Positions 10,223 through 19,321 of a DNA stretch of 64,000 bases are shown in pieces. The notes beneath the pieces are model-generated. The model saw only the letters and a list, made by a program, of their open reading frames with translations. It did no database searches and was not told the DNA's origin. A program made the position numbers and the translations under genes. This DNA is from Nitrosopumilus sp. (GTDB taxonomy: Archaea > Thermoproteota > Nitrososphaeria > Nitrososphaerales > Nitrosopumilaceae). The stretch's first letter is position 1, and every line of letters starts with the position of its first letter. The stretch covers positions 320,001 to 384,000 of the forward strand of contig OZ245040.1 of the NCBI GenBank assembly GCA_965224195.1, in the 5' to 3' direction.

Positions 10223-10426
10223 AATACTCTCTTTATCATCTAAGCTATTCAATTCTTTAGTAATTTCAGTATGATTTTCTACCAAAGTTTTAAGTTCATT
10301 TTTTGATTCTTCAGAATTCCATTCAGATGAAATTAAAGATGTTAATTTTGCAACAATTTTCCACTGAATGTTATTTTGATCATCAATTAATTTTAAAAAT
10401 CGTGCTCCCTTTTCTTCATCATTCAT
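10217..10426 (-). CDS. Small hypothetical helical protein
   Basis: 69-aa ATG-initiated ORF with helical, charged composition; convergent with cyoE. Confidence 0.65.
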   Translation of the reverse strand: MNDEEKGARFLKLIDDQNNIQWKIVAKLTSLISSEWNSEESKNELKTLVENHTEITKELNSLDDKESIL

Positions 10427-10518
10427 ATTTTTTTTGACATTTTACAATCATAAAAATTTAACATTGGTAATTACATAATTTCAAAGTTTTATTAGTAAAT
10501 AATAGGTATTTTTTTCAA

Positions 10519-10674
10519 ATGCAATGTAGTATATCAGAATGTAAAGAAAAAGCTAGAGAAACTGTAAAAATTAGTTTTAGGGAGACACGGAATCTATGCA
10601 AAGTACATTACAAATTATTTAAAAATAAAGACAAAAAACATAATCCAATATTTTCAAAAGCATCAGATTTTTAG
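10519..10674 (+). CDS. Small putative Zn-binding protein (CxxxxC...CxxH), 51 aa
   Basis: Manual translation MQCSISECKEKARETVKISFRETRNLCKVHYKLFKNKDKKHNPIFSKASDF*; fills an otherwise empty gap. Confidence 0.65.
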   Translation: MQCSISECKEKARETVKISFRETRNLCKVHYKLFKNKDKKHNPIFSKASDF

Positions 10675-10740
10675 CACTAAGATATTTTCACATAATGAAA
10701 TTATTGAAAGATTTATCATCTACTATTTTTAAAGTACGAT

Positions 10741-11211
10741 ATGGCAGCCAAGAAAAAAAGAAAGCCTAGAAAAACAGTAAAAAAAACTGTTTCTAAACCT
10801 AAAAAACAAGTTTCGAATTCATCAAAAAAACCAGAATTTGAAAAAGCTTGGAAAGACTACAATTCTGCTTTAAGTGGCTGGAAAGATTCCCTTGCACAAT
10901 GGCAAAAAGCTACAAATGAAACTTTAATGACATATCATGACGCATGTCAAAAAGCATTAGAATCTGATGCAGAATTGTTAAAAAAAGTTAGTTCAAGTTG
11001 GGAAAATACTTGGGAAGAAATTGGATCTGAATATATTAAACAACAAACAAAGATGATGGAAAATATCTTTAAAGAAACCAACATTGAATCAATTAAAAAA
11101 TTTAATGGACAATGGGAAAAATTTCTAAAATCATCGGGTGATGATTCAATCGTAGCATATCAAGAGGCCATCAAAAAATTTAATCAGGCGTGGCAATCAG
11201 GACAAATGTAA
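10741..11211 (+). CDS. Hypothetical Trp-periodic alpha-helical protein with a Lys-rich N-terminus
   Basis: 156-aa ORF, visibly paralogous to 14058..14414. Confidence 0.8.
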   Translation: MAAKKKRKPRKTVKKTVSKPKKQVSNSSKKPEFEKAWKDYNSALSGWKDSLAQWQKATNETLMTYHDACQKALESDAELLKKVSSSWENTWEEIGSEYIKQQTKMMENIFKETNIESIKKFNGQWEKFLKSSGDDSIVAYQEAIKKFNQAWQSGQM

Positions 11212-11225
11212 TTATTTCCAAGTTT

Positions 11226-11921
11226 TTATTTTTTCATTTTAGTTATTCTGAAAACTTTACACCCACATACTGAGCAAATTCCTCTAATTGCAGGTCTGCC
11301 ATTTTTCATAATAGCTTCTTCTGGATTTTTGATAATTCTTTTTGTTTTACACTTAACACAATAAGCTTCTTGAGAAGTAGATTCAGAAATTTTAATTTCA
11401 ACATTATCTGAATTATGGAGTTTATTTTCTATATCATCAAGTTTCTTGTTTTATTTTTGTAATGTTTGAATAATTTCATGTTCAATATCTACGGCCTCTA
11501 ATTTTTCAATTTCTTTTTCTAATTCCTTAACTTTTGATAATTGTTCAGGAGTAGCTTCTTCTTCCTCTGGTTCAGTTATTGGTTCAGGTAGCAATTCTAA
11601 TTCTGGAATTGTTTCTGCAAATAAAGACTCTGGTAAATCACCTAGATAATCTAATTTCACTTTATTTTCATCTATTCTAAGATATGGATTACCTCCAATT
11701 GAAAAAGTTCCAAGTTTGTTACCAGGTTTCCAAGAATTTATTCCACTGTAAATTGTAATGTATGTAAAGCCATTTTTTATATCAGAAGCAATTGTTAAAC
11801 GATCTACAGATTTACCTTTAGTAACGCCACTATCAATATCTTGATGACATGTAGCTATCGAAATTAAATGCTCAGAGTCATAGCTTACTTCTGAAATTAA
11901 ATAATCAGCCCATTTCTTCAT
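11226..11921 (-). pseudogene. DUF3892-like + acidic/coiled linker + DUF5679-like Zn-ribbon fusion, interrupted by an in-frame TAA at 11451-11453
   Basis: The frame continues past the stop: ...QTLQK*NKKLDDIENKLH...EAYCVKCKTKRIIKNPEEAIMKNGRPAIRGICSVCGCKVFRITKMKK*. The N-terminus WADYLIS...YLRID...DYLGDLPE resembles DUF3892. Confidence 0.72.
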
Positions 11922-12074
11922 TACAAAAAATAATGACTAGTTTCTACTAATTAAGCAATGATTTTTGAAGTAATACGAAAAAAACAATTTTCAAAATTTG
12001 AATAAAAACATAAAAAATATCTAAAAATAGGCACAAAAAATAGGGTTATAATCAGCATTGTATAATTGAAATCG

Positions 12075-12458
12075 ATGGAAATTTCTATCGAACCGTGGAA
12101 AAAATTGATTATTCATGAGGTAATTGAATACAAATTTGAGGATTGGGTAAAACAAATAGCATTTAGTACACGATCATCAGGAGGAGGAATTCCTACAATG
12201 CAATGGACAAATGGAGTTGTTTTCTCTCCAGCAAATTTCCCAACAACCAATTCTACAGTAGATGAACAATTGAAAGGTACACTGCATTGGTCATCAGTAT
12301 CATTTGCAATTAAAGAGAAATTTGAGAAACAAATTGTTAAAGAGAATGCTACAATAAATTTAGTAGATGTTAGTGTAAATGAAATTTTTAAAGAATTAGC
12401 TATTAGTTTAAAATCACAATCAAAATATGCTAATTCACAATCTAGTACAGTCCAATGA
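12075..12458 (+). CDS. Conserved-looking archaeal hypothetical protein
   Basis: Clean ORF (MEISIEPWKKLIIHEV...QWTNGVVF); ATG at 12075, track start TTG at 12066. Confidence 0.75.
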   Translation: MEISIEPWKKLIIHEVIEYKFEDWVKQIAFSTRSSGGGIPTMQWTNGVVFSPANFPTTNSTVDEQLKGTLHWSSVSFAIKEKFEKQIVKENATINLVDVSVNEIFKELAISLKSQSKYANSQSSTVQ

Positions 12459-13138
12459 ATATTGAAGAAACAATAGAAAAATGTGAAATTTCTTTAAAAC
12501 AAATTAAACAATACGATCCGGATCCATTTTATGTAAATCATTTTTTTGAACAGTACATTAGTTTAAGAAATAAAACAATAGTAGGAATTTTTGAAGAAGC
12601 TGATAGAGATTTTGGATTATTTTTAACTAAACCAATTAATGAAGAAAGCTTTCTGCAAAAAGCAGAATTAAAGAATGATAAAAATGCAATTAAATTTTCA
12701 GAATGGTTTAGAACAAAATATGCTGAAGAACATAAAAATCCATATCCAAATTTTATGAATAAAATATGTAATTTTAGAAAAAAATTTAAAAAATTACCTG
12801 ATGTAAAAATTATGATTAGAGCATCAGATAGATACAAAGATGATATTAATCAAGAAATTAAAGTACCGTTAAGTAATAAAAAATTACGTTCTAAAGATGA
12901 GTTAGATATTGAAATAGAAAGACAATTACCAGTTTTTTTAGAAATTATTAATCATAAAAGACGTGAAAAAAATGAGCCTAAAGTTGCAAATAATCAGATA
13001 ATCGCATCTACATTTCTAGATATTGAAAATCACAAAGACATTGAAATTGTTTATACATCTGAAATTTACATCCCAGTGATAAAACGGTTAGTTGAAGAAG
13101 CAAGGACAAAAATTAAAGATTTGAACAGGAATAATTGA
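12455..13138 (+). CDS. Hypothetical protein
   Basis: 227-aa ORF, ATGA-coupled to the upstream gene. Confidence 0.75.
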   Translation: MNIEETIEKCEISLKQIKQYDPDPFYVNHFFEQYISLRNKTIVGIFEEADRDFGLFLTKPINEESFLQKAELKNDKNAIKFSEWFRTKYAEEHKNPYPNFMNKICNFRKKFKKLPDVKIMIRASDRYKDDINQEIKVPLSNKKLRSKDELDIEIERQLPVFLEIINHKRREKNEPKVANNQIIASTFLDIENHKDIEIVYTSEIYIPVIKRLVEEARTKIKDLNRNN

Positions 13139-13142
13139 AAAC

Positions 13143-13808
13143 TTATTCAGTCAAACCAAAAATTGAGTTTTCTGATTTTATTTTAACTATTGGTAAATAT
13201 GAATAGCCATGATCAAAATTATCGGAAAATTCTGGATCTTGGCCTTGATTTCCACGATATTTAACAAAATGCTTGGTAGGTTCTGAATCTAATTCAACGT
13301 AATTGAAATTATAGTATACTTCATCCATTTCAAGAGAAGTAATGTATCCCATTATCCAGGATTTGTTGTGTGGTAATGCATAGAGCGTAAGATTTTGTTC
13401 ATCTGGAAATTCAGGATCATATGTTAATCGAGCTAAACTTCCCAAATCCTTTACTTGTATTGGGTAGAATTGATCAGATATTTTCTTTGTTTGTACAGGT
13501 AAAGGTGAAATCTTAGATTTCATATGAATAATGGGAGCATAATTAGAATTAGTTTTTGTGGATTCAACAATATCATAAATCTCTTTTCCAGAATCAACTC
13601 GATATGAAACATATCTTCCTGATTTGGGCATTGGTGTATAAAAAATCAACAATGTATTTGCAAGTGTCAAACTACTTGAGATAATTCTAGTACCGTCTAA
13701 TTCTTGAGAATAAACCCGTTTTGGATATTCTTGTAATGCACATGCTAATCTTGCTAAATCGTCAAAGCTAGATAATTCTACATGGTATTCATTCTGAGTA
13801 ATTGACAT
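13143..13808 (-). CDS. Hypothetical protein with an internal duplication
   Basis: Two similar halves: VELSSFDDLARL...YVSY...YAPIIHMK and IQVKDLGSLARL...FVKY...YLPIVKIK. Confidence 0.78.
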   Translation of the reverse strand: MSITQNEYHVELSSFDDLARLACALQEYPKRVYSQELDGTRIISSSLTLANTLLIFYTPMPKSGRYVSYRVDSGKEIYDIVESTKTNSNYAPIIHMKSKISPLPVQTKKISDQFYPIQVKDLGSLARLTYDPEFPDEQNLTLYALPHNKSWIMGYITSLEMDEVYYNFNYVELDSEPTKHFVKYRGNQGQDPEFSDNFDHGYSYLPIVKIKSENSIFGLTE

Positions 13809-13826
13809 CAAAAAATCATAAATTAA

Positions 13827-14048
13827 TCATAATTTTATTCTTTCCACATTATGAAAATTTTTTGTTTGTAATTTTTTTCTATCAAAATATTCCATAATAA
13901 AATGAAAAAGGATTAGTTTACCAAATACAATCATGGAAATTAAAGATAGTACATATTCTTCTAAATGAAACAAATATCCAGTGACGCCTACTGCAGTTAT
14001 AATTTCTAATCCAGTACAAGTACAAAAAAAGAGAAATTTTTCTCTCAA
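13827..14048 (-). CDS. Small two-TM membrane protein
   Basis: 73 aa with two hydrophobic segments; co-oriented with its neighbours. Confidence 0.55.
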   Translation of the reverse strand: MREKFLFFCTCTGLEIITAVGVTGYLFHLEEYVLSLISMIVFGKLILFHFIMEYFDRKKLQTKNFHNVERIKL

Positions 14049-14057
14049 TTCAACAAC

Positions 14058-14414
14058 TTATTGTGATTTTGGCCACATTGAAGTCCAAGTTTCAGCAAAT
14101 TTTTCCATCATTTCACCATATGCATTCATCTGTTCTAAACCAGATGAACTAAGTGCCTTTTGCCAATTTTCAGTAAATTGTTTGAAAGTAGCAGTATTAG
14201 AGTCATTGAGAGCTTTTTGCCAATTCTCACCAAATAATTTCATGGTATCAGCACTAGACTCGACAGTTGCTTTGTCCCAAACACTGTTGAATTTAGATTG
14301 CATGTCGTTACTTGCATTTTGAATTTGCTCAAAAAGGGATTTCCAATTTTCAAGAGATTTTGTATATTCTCCCCATAATGAATCCCATTCATTATTTTTT
14401 CCTTGTTCAGACAT
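14058..14414 (-). CDS. Hypothetical Trp-periodic alpha-helical protein
   Basis: 118 aa with an internal repeat (KLFGENWQKAL / KQFTENWQKAL). Confidence 0.8.
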   Translation of the reverse strand: MSEQGKNNEWDSLWGEYTKSLENWKSLFEQIQNASNDMQSKFNSVWDKATVESSADTMKLFGENWQKALNDSNTATFKQFTENWQKALSSSGLEQMNAYGEMMEKFAETWTSMWPKSQ

Positions 14415-14464
14415 TAACTAAAGATAATTTTCATTATTCTTAAATGGATCTATGAAGATGTAGG

Positions 14465-14953
14465 TTATTTTTGACGATTTTTTAATCTAATATCTATTCG
14501 GATTTTACCTTCTTCAAATTTTGATCTATCATCATCTGTTTTTAGTGATAATTTAGGAACTAATGTAGGTTTTCCGTTTTTATCAAGAGCTACAAATGTC
14601 ACAAAAGCAGTTCCAGTAACAGTTCGAATTCCAGTTACAATATCTTCAGCTTCAGCTCTAACTTCTATTTCCATTGATGAATTATGAACATAATTTATCC
14701 TAGCATTTAATGTAAGAACATTTCCAACAAAAACAGGTTTTAAAAAATTTACACTGTCCATAGATACAGTAACTGCATTTGATTGACTAGGACGTTGAGC
14801 AACAATTCCTGCCACCATATCAATATGTTTTAAAATTTCACCTCCAAAGACATTTCCAGCTGGATTTGCATCTGAGGGGAACATTCGAACAATAACTTCA
14901 GCATGAGATTCTGAAGGACTTTTTTCTCGTATATTGGAACTTTCTGATGACAT
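14465..14953 (-). CDS. Acyl-CoA thioesterase (hotdog fold)
   Basis: PSDANPAGNVFGGEILKHID and FVTFVALD..GKP motifs. Confidence 0.92.
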   Translation of the reverse strand: MSSESSNIREKSPSESHAEVIVRMFPSDANPAGNVFGGEILKHIDMVAGIVAQRPSQSNAVTVSMDSVNFLKPVFVGNVLTLNARINYVHNSSMEIEVRAEAEDIVTGIRTVTGTAFVTFVALDKNGKPTLVPKLSLKTDDDRSKFEEGKIRIDIRLKNRQK

Positions 14954-15001
14954 TTTTTATCTAATTATTATTCTCAATTTAATTTAATCAGTTGATTCGG
15001 G

Positions 15002-16333
15002 TTATTTGAAATATTTTTCAAGTTTAATTTTATCAATTTTTGGGATTTTTGCTAACTCAAATCCTTCTGGACGCTTGAAAAGAGATCTAGTGGCATCAAT
15101 ACCCATTTTAGCAGTTCGTAATTTTTGTTGATTACTTGATGGATCCAGGCTAGAGCCACGAACATTTTTGATAATAACTAGATCTTTATCAGCTTGAAAT
15201 CTTGTAGCCATAGCGTATTCTACAGATTCAGCATTATTTGGATCAATATCTTCATCAACTACTGTTACTTGTTTCAATGAACGATGAGATTCAAATGTTT
15301 TTTTAATGATTTTTTTAGGATCTGAATTATTTTTCTTTTTAATTTGTACAACGGCATGTAGCCAATTACATCCACCATTAGTCATAGAGACTTGTTTTGT
15401 TTGAGAAAATGATTTCTTCAATTCCCCATTTAATTTTGATTCAATTGGCATTCCCATCAACAATCTATGTTCTGAATATCCAGATAAGACATCATGAAAA
15501 ATAGGATTATTTCTAAAATAGAGATTTTCAAGTTCAACAATAGGTTGAGATCTTTCATGATCATATGTCTGAAGCATTTCAACCATCCATTCTGGATGAG
15601 TTTTATCACGAAGAATTTTTCCTTCCATAACAAACTCTGCACCAGAAGGAACATTCAAGCCTGAAAAAGGAATCTTTGCTAAAGTTAATTTTCCATCCAA
15701 AAGAGAATTTGCAATATTAATTTCGTCCTTTCCCCAATCTGCCTGATATGCACCAGCAATTGAAATGGCGGGATGAACGCCTACAGTTATAGCAATTTTG
15801 AGATCTTCACCATGTTCTTTAGCATCAGTAAAACATCTGTGAAGATGACGACCTTCAACCATCCTAATAGAAAAATGAGTTTTATCAATCGGCATCATTC
15901 TGTGAAATGAAGAATTTTGTTTTCCAGTTTCAGGATTTTTAGCATATGCTACAGATGATGTGATAAACGGACCAGATTCTTTTTCAAAATGAGTAACTAT
16001 AGGCATAGAAAGTAGATTTTTTGACTTGTTTTCCATGAATTTTCCTGATGAAATAATTTTAGGTTTTTTAGCTTTTTTAATTGCAGAAATTACTTTTTCA
16101 TGAATATTATTTTCCTGGCCACCAACAGCAATTGCAAATCGTTTTCTAGTTCCAACTAAGTTTGCTATTAATCTAAAATCACTTTCTTTTATTTTTTCAA
16201 ACAATACAGCATCAGATCCATCAACCTTAGCAGTGATTCCAGCAATTTCATATTTTGTTGAAACCGAAGATTTTATGGTTTTGAGTTCATTGATTTTTTT
16301 AATTTGTGAAATGTAACTTCTTAAATCACTCAT
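15002..16333 (-). CDS. ubiD: UbiD-family prFMN-dependent decarboxylase
   Basis: N...HRM, GRHL, AEFVMEG, VVDEDIDP, GSSLDPS and AKMGIDAT motifs. Confidence 0.9.
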   Translation of the reverse strand: MSDLRSYISQIKKINELKTIKSSVSTKYEIAGITAKVDGSDAVLFEKIKESDFRLIANLVGTRKRFAIAVGGQENNIHEKVISAIKKAKKPKIISSGKFMENKSKNLLSMPIVTHFEKESGPFITSSVAYAKNPETGKQNSSFHRMMPIDKTHFSIRMVEGRHLHRCFTDAKEHGEDLKIAITVGVHPAISIAGAYQADWGKDEINIANSLLDGKLTLAKIPFSGLNVPSGAEFVMEGKILRDKTHPEWMVEMLQTYDHERSQPIVELENLYFRNNPIFHDVLSGYSEHRLLMGMPIESKLNGELKKSFSQTKQVSMTNGGCNWLHAVVQIKKKNNSDPKKIIKKTFESHRSLKQVTVVDEDIDPNNAESVEYAMATRFQADKDLVIIKNVRGSSLDPSSNQQKLRTAKMGIDATRSLFKRPEGFELAKIPKIDKIKLEKYFK

Positions 16334-16667
16334 TTTCAATCATCTCCATAATCTCAGATATTAAGGCTTTTGCTGTATTTAATTCTAAGGGTTTTTGGAT
16401 AAAAGCAGAAACTAGAGCAATTCCCCTCATTCTAGTACTAATTCTTTCAGAAACAAGTTTTAGAAAAAGAGATTCCGATCTAGATGGAATAATAGTGGTT
16501 GTAATTGGTGTTGGTCCAGTTGCTAATGAAACTACCATTGAACCTAATTTATTTGATCCTTCGGTAACTGAAATAAAATAACCATTTTCAAATTTTTGAA
16601 TTTGTAAAGAAAAACTACGACTCTCCAAATTTACCATTTTATGGAAAAATCCATTTGGAGAGGTCAA
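16326..16667 (-). CDS. Conserved hypothetical protein (possibly proteasome assembly chaperone 4-like)
   Basis: 113-aa ORF overlapping the ubiD start. The family call is a tentative recollection. Confidence 0.6.
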   Translation of the reverse strand: MTSPNGFFHKMVNLESRSFSLQIQKFENGYFISVTEGSNKLGSMVVSLATGPTPITTTIIPSRSESLFLKLVSERISTRMRGIALVSAFIQKPLELNTAKALISEIMEMIENE

Positions 16668-16684
16668 TGAGCTATGAACAAATC

Positions 16685-17116
16685 TTATGCTTTTATTGCT
16701 ATTGTTTCATTTTTTTGGGAAGCAACAACTTCAGGGTTCTTCTTGCAATTCTTCTCGTGTTTATCTGGATAAACAAAGAGTTTTTCACAATGTGTGCATG
16801 GAGTTTTTTCTTTAGTTTTTGCTTTAGCTGTTTTAGCTTTAGATTTTGCTTTAACAGTTACTTCTACAACTGCTGATTCAATTTCAGTAGCTGCTGCAGC
16901 TTCCATAGAATCAGCCTCAACTCTAGCTCGTAATTTTGCTTTGTATTTCAAATTACGTGGTTTCGTTCTTAATCTATATCCACAACATGGACACCAAAGT
17001 CCTTCCCATTTGATGAAAATTTCACAAATCTGGCATCGACGTTGTCCAGAAGCATATCTTCCAGTGCCAACAGGCTTTTGAGCCTTATATCTAACACAAA
17101 TTCCTTTACAAGTCAT
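16685..17116 (-). CDS. Thaumarchaeal Cys-rich Zn-finger protein with a C-terminal C2HC finger
   Basis: CKGIC...RCQICEIF...CPCCGYRLR, then an Ala/Lys linker, then CTHC...HEKNC. Confidence 0.85.
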   Translation of the reverse strand: MTCKGICVRYKAQKPVGTGRYASGQRRCQICEIFIKWEGLWCPCCGYRLRTKPRNLKYKAKLRARVEADSMEAAAATEIESAVVEVTVKAKSKAKTAKAKTKEKTPCTHCEKLFVYPDKHEKNCKKNPEVVASQKNETIAIKA

Positions 17117-17380
17117 CTTGGTATTATCATATAGAATTCATAACTATATAAGGATGGATCGATAAATTTCATATGAATTATTTAAATTTATTGTAAATAT
17201 TTTATATTTTTAGCCGATCAAAATTAGTATTTTCAAATAAAAACACAAAATCAACAATAAATATGTATAGCTTATTTCAAAACTATATTTTTTGAAAAAA
17301 TAATATGTATCAATATAGGTGTTTGACAAAAAATTTCAGCTTATTATAAAAAATTGATGAAAATTTATATTATTATTATA

Positions 17381-18199
17381 CTAGATGAGTTGCGCAATTA
17401 CAAACAAAAATCTAACTTTTCTGTCATTTAATTCTTAATTTTATGGAATTGCAATGAATTCTTCTTTCCATTTAATCTTGAAATTGACAGTCCCACAAAC
17501 AATTTCACTTGTCACATCATATCTGCATAATTTGTTTCTAAACACATCGCGATTTATCCGAAATTGCCTGATTTGTGCAATGACATGTTCAACTTTTATT
17601 CTAATTTTTGACTGCATCCTGTTCCACTCCTTTTGAGTAACAGTCAATTTTTTTCCTTTCTTTTTCTTGCATGGCAAAACACTTGCCTGTTCTGGAAAGT
17701 CTTTTTCCATCCCCAAACATCCAAGATCATAAGACTGCAGCAACCCTTCAGATAATGTTGGATGCTTTGATTTGTAAATTCTGTAATCATGATGACTGCC
17801 AGGCGAATGTGCAGATTTGTGGATTGTTATCCCATCAAGATTTATGGCGATTTGATTTTGTACTGCATGTTTTTTCTTTTTGCCTGAATGGCGTGTCTTT
17901 CTTTTCTTTTTGTTTTTTGGTCTTGGGATGGGCTGTTCTGTGCCATCAGTGATTGCAATTAATTCCGGAAAGAATTCTTGCAATTCCTGCATGCTGTTAA
18001 TCTTTTTTGAATCTGCATATTTTTTGGCAGAAATTACAATGGACTGCTTCACTGCAGGCTCCAAACATCTGATGTTTCTCATTACGTTTGGTTTGTCCAA
18101 ATCAAACATCCTGGTGTTACCAAAGGTGATATGAAAAATGTTGGATGTATAACAATATTGAGTACCTATTATGCTGTACAGAATTATGCTGATGGACAA
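17381..18199 (-). mobile_element. Degenerate IS5-like (DDE_Tnp_4-type) insertion sequence remnant
   Basis: Transposase ORF and a visibly higher GC content than the flanks. A candidate single end CTAGATGAGTTGCGCAA lies at 17381; no partner inverted repeat was found. Confidence 0.65.
17441..18199 (-). pseudogene. IS5-family-like DDE transposase, probably 5'-truncated and decayed
   Basis: TDGTEQPIPRP...SGKKKKH, GSHHD, YDLGCLG, PCKKKKGKKLT...N...RIKVEHVI motifs. Typical YSGK and DxGY residues appear as HSGK and DLGC, and the N-terminal HTH region is incomplete. Confidence 0.8.
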
Positions 18200-18325
18200 C
18201 CTTCCTATTAAGAATATCTAGTACCCAACGGCCGTGTTGACCCTGGTGATGATATCACTGTAAAACTACAAAAATATGGAAATAACCAAGTACAAAGACA
18301 ATAAAAGATAATATGAGAAACCCAG

Positions 18326-19300
18326 TCAATTTCCTATACTGTTAAAGATTGGTAGTAGTTCATCTATTGTATGATAAAAAGAAAGCACACCAACCCTTGT
18401 GTAATCATCAAAATAATAAGATAGACTAGCACGGTAATGGTTGTAATCAGTACCGCCTTCAAATGCACTAACAGTTGTACCATCACGCATCATGTCTCTA
18501 TAACCGCCATAATAACCTGATTGAGACGAAAATATCTCTTCTAACTCTTCCATACCATCTTCAATTTCATTTAATGTTGTTGGAGAATATTTTACATATA
18601 CACTAAACCCTTTTGATATATCCAAGTCAAAATTAGTCACATTTTTGTGTAGCACAAAAGAGTTTGGAACAAAACTAAATTTCAAATCACATCCCCATCG
18701 TACATGGCAGTCAGTATTTGCATACAATAACCTGTATCCGTCAGGGATACGTGTAGGCATCCAATCTTCAATGAAAAAATCTTCCTCAACACTTACAAAA
18801 TATTTTTCATGTGGAATGTTAGGAACTCTGAGAAGACCGTCAGAACCAATACTGTCTGGAGATATCTTACTGTCCATTATTGTGTCAAACATTACCCAAG
18901 GAGCAGATGACTTTTGCAATATTGATCTTTTAATTTCTCGTCCGTCATCGTTAAATTCTACAGGAGAAGCAACATTCAAAAATGTAAACTCTTCATTACT
19001 TTTGGTTTTTAAAACATCATCCTTTTGTTCAATTTTTAATGGCTCTGATTTGTCACGATATTCTACTAGCGATAATCTCTGCATCAATTTTTCAGTGCCA
19101 CAAATAACATTACCATTATTACGTAATGCTATTTTGTGCTCAGGATTTTTGCATTGTATCTGTTTTAATGACACTCTACTTTGGTATTGTTTTGATATTG
19201 ATATAGTATCATCATCTGGCAACTGACTTGCAAATGCTCTGCCAGGTATTAACAGCGCTAGTGAGAATAGAAGTGATGCTACTAAGAGATAAAGTTTCAC
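18326..19300 (-). CDS. Secreted/exported hypothetical protein
   Basis: Signal peptide MKLYLLVASLLFSLALLIPGRAFA, followed by a SLKQIQC...NGNVIC...KLMQR module resembling the small two-Cys module of Nitrosopumilus exported proteins. Confidence 0.78.
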   Translation of the reverse strand: MKLYLLVASLLFSLALLIPGRAFASQLPDDDTISISKQYQSRVSLKQIQCKNPEHKIALRNNGNVICGTEKLMQRLSLVEYRDKSEPLKIEQKDDVLKTKSNEEFTFLNVASPVEFNDDGREIKRSILQKSSAPWVMFDTIMDSKISPDSIGSDGLLRVPNIPHEKYFVSVEEDFFIEDWMPTRIPDGYRLLYANTDCHVRWGCDLKFSFVPNSFVLHKNVTNFDLDISKGFSVYVKYSPTTLNEIEDGMEELEEIFSSQSGYYGGYRDMMRDGTTVSAFEGGTDYNHYRASLSYYFDDYTRVGVLSFYHTIDELLPIFNSIGN

Positions 19301-19321
19301 AATATTATATCAACATATTAA

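Noticed and set aside
17117-17380. Very AT-rich gap as a replication origin, with a weak hairpin TTCAAAA...TTTTGAA
   Set aside because: There are no ORB-like repeats and no adjacent cdc6/orc1. The hairpin is expected by chance at this composition.
17381-18221. CTAG at both sides of the transposase as a target-site duplication
   Set aside because: The sequences inside the two CTAGs are not inverted repeats of each other, and a 4-mer match alone is uninformative.
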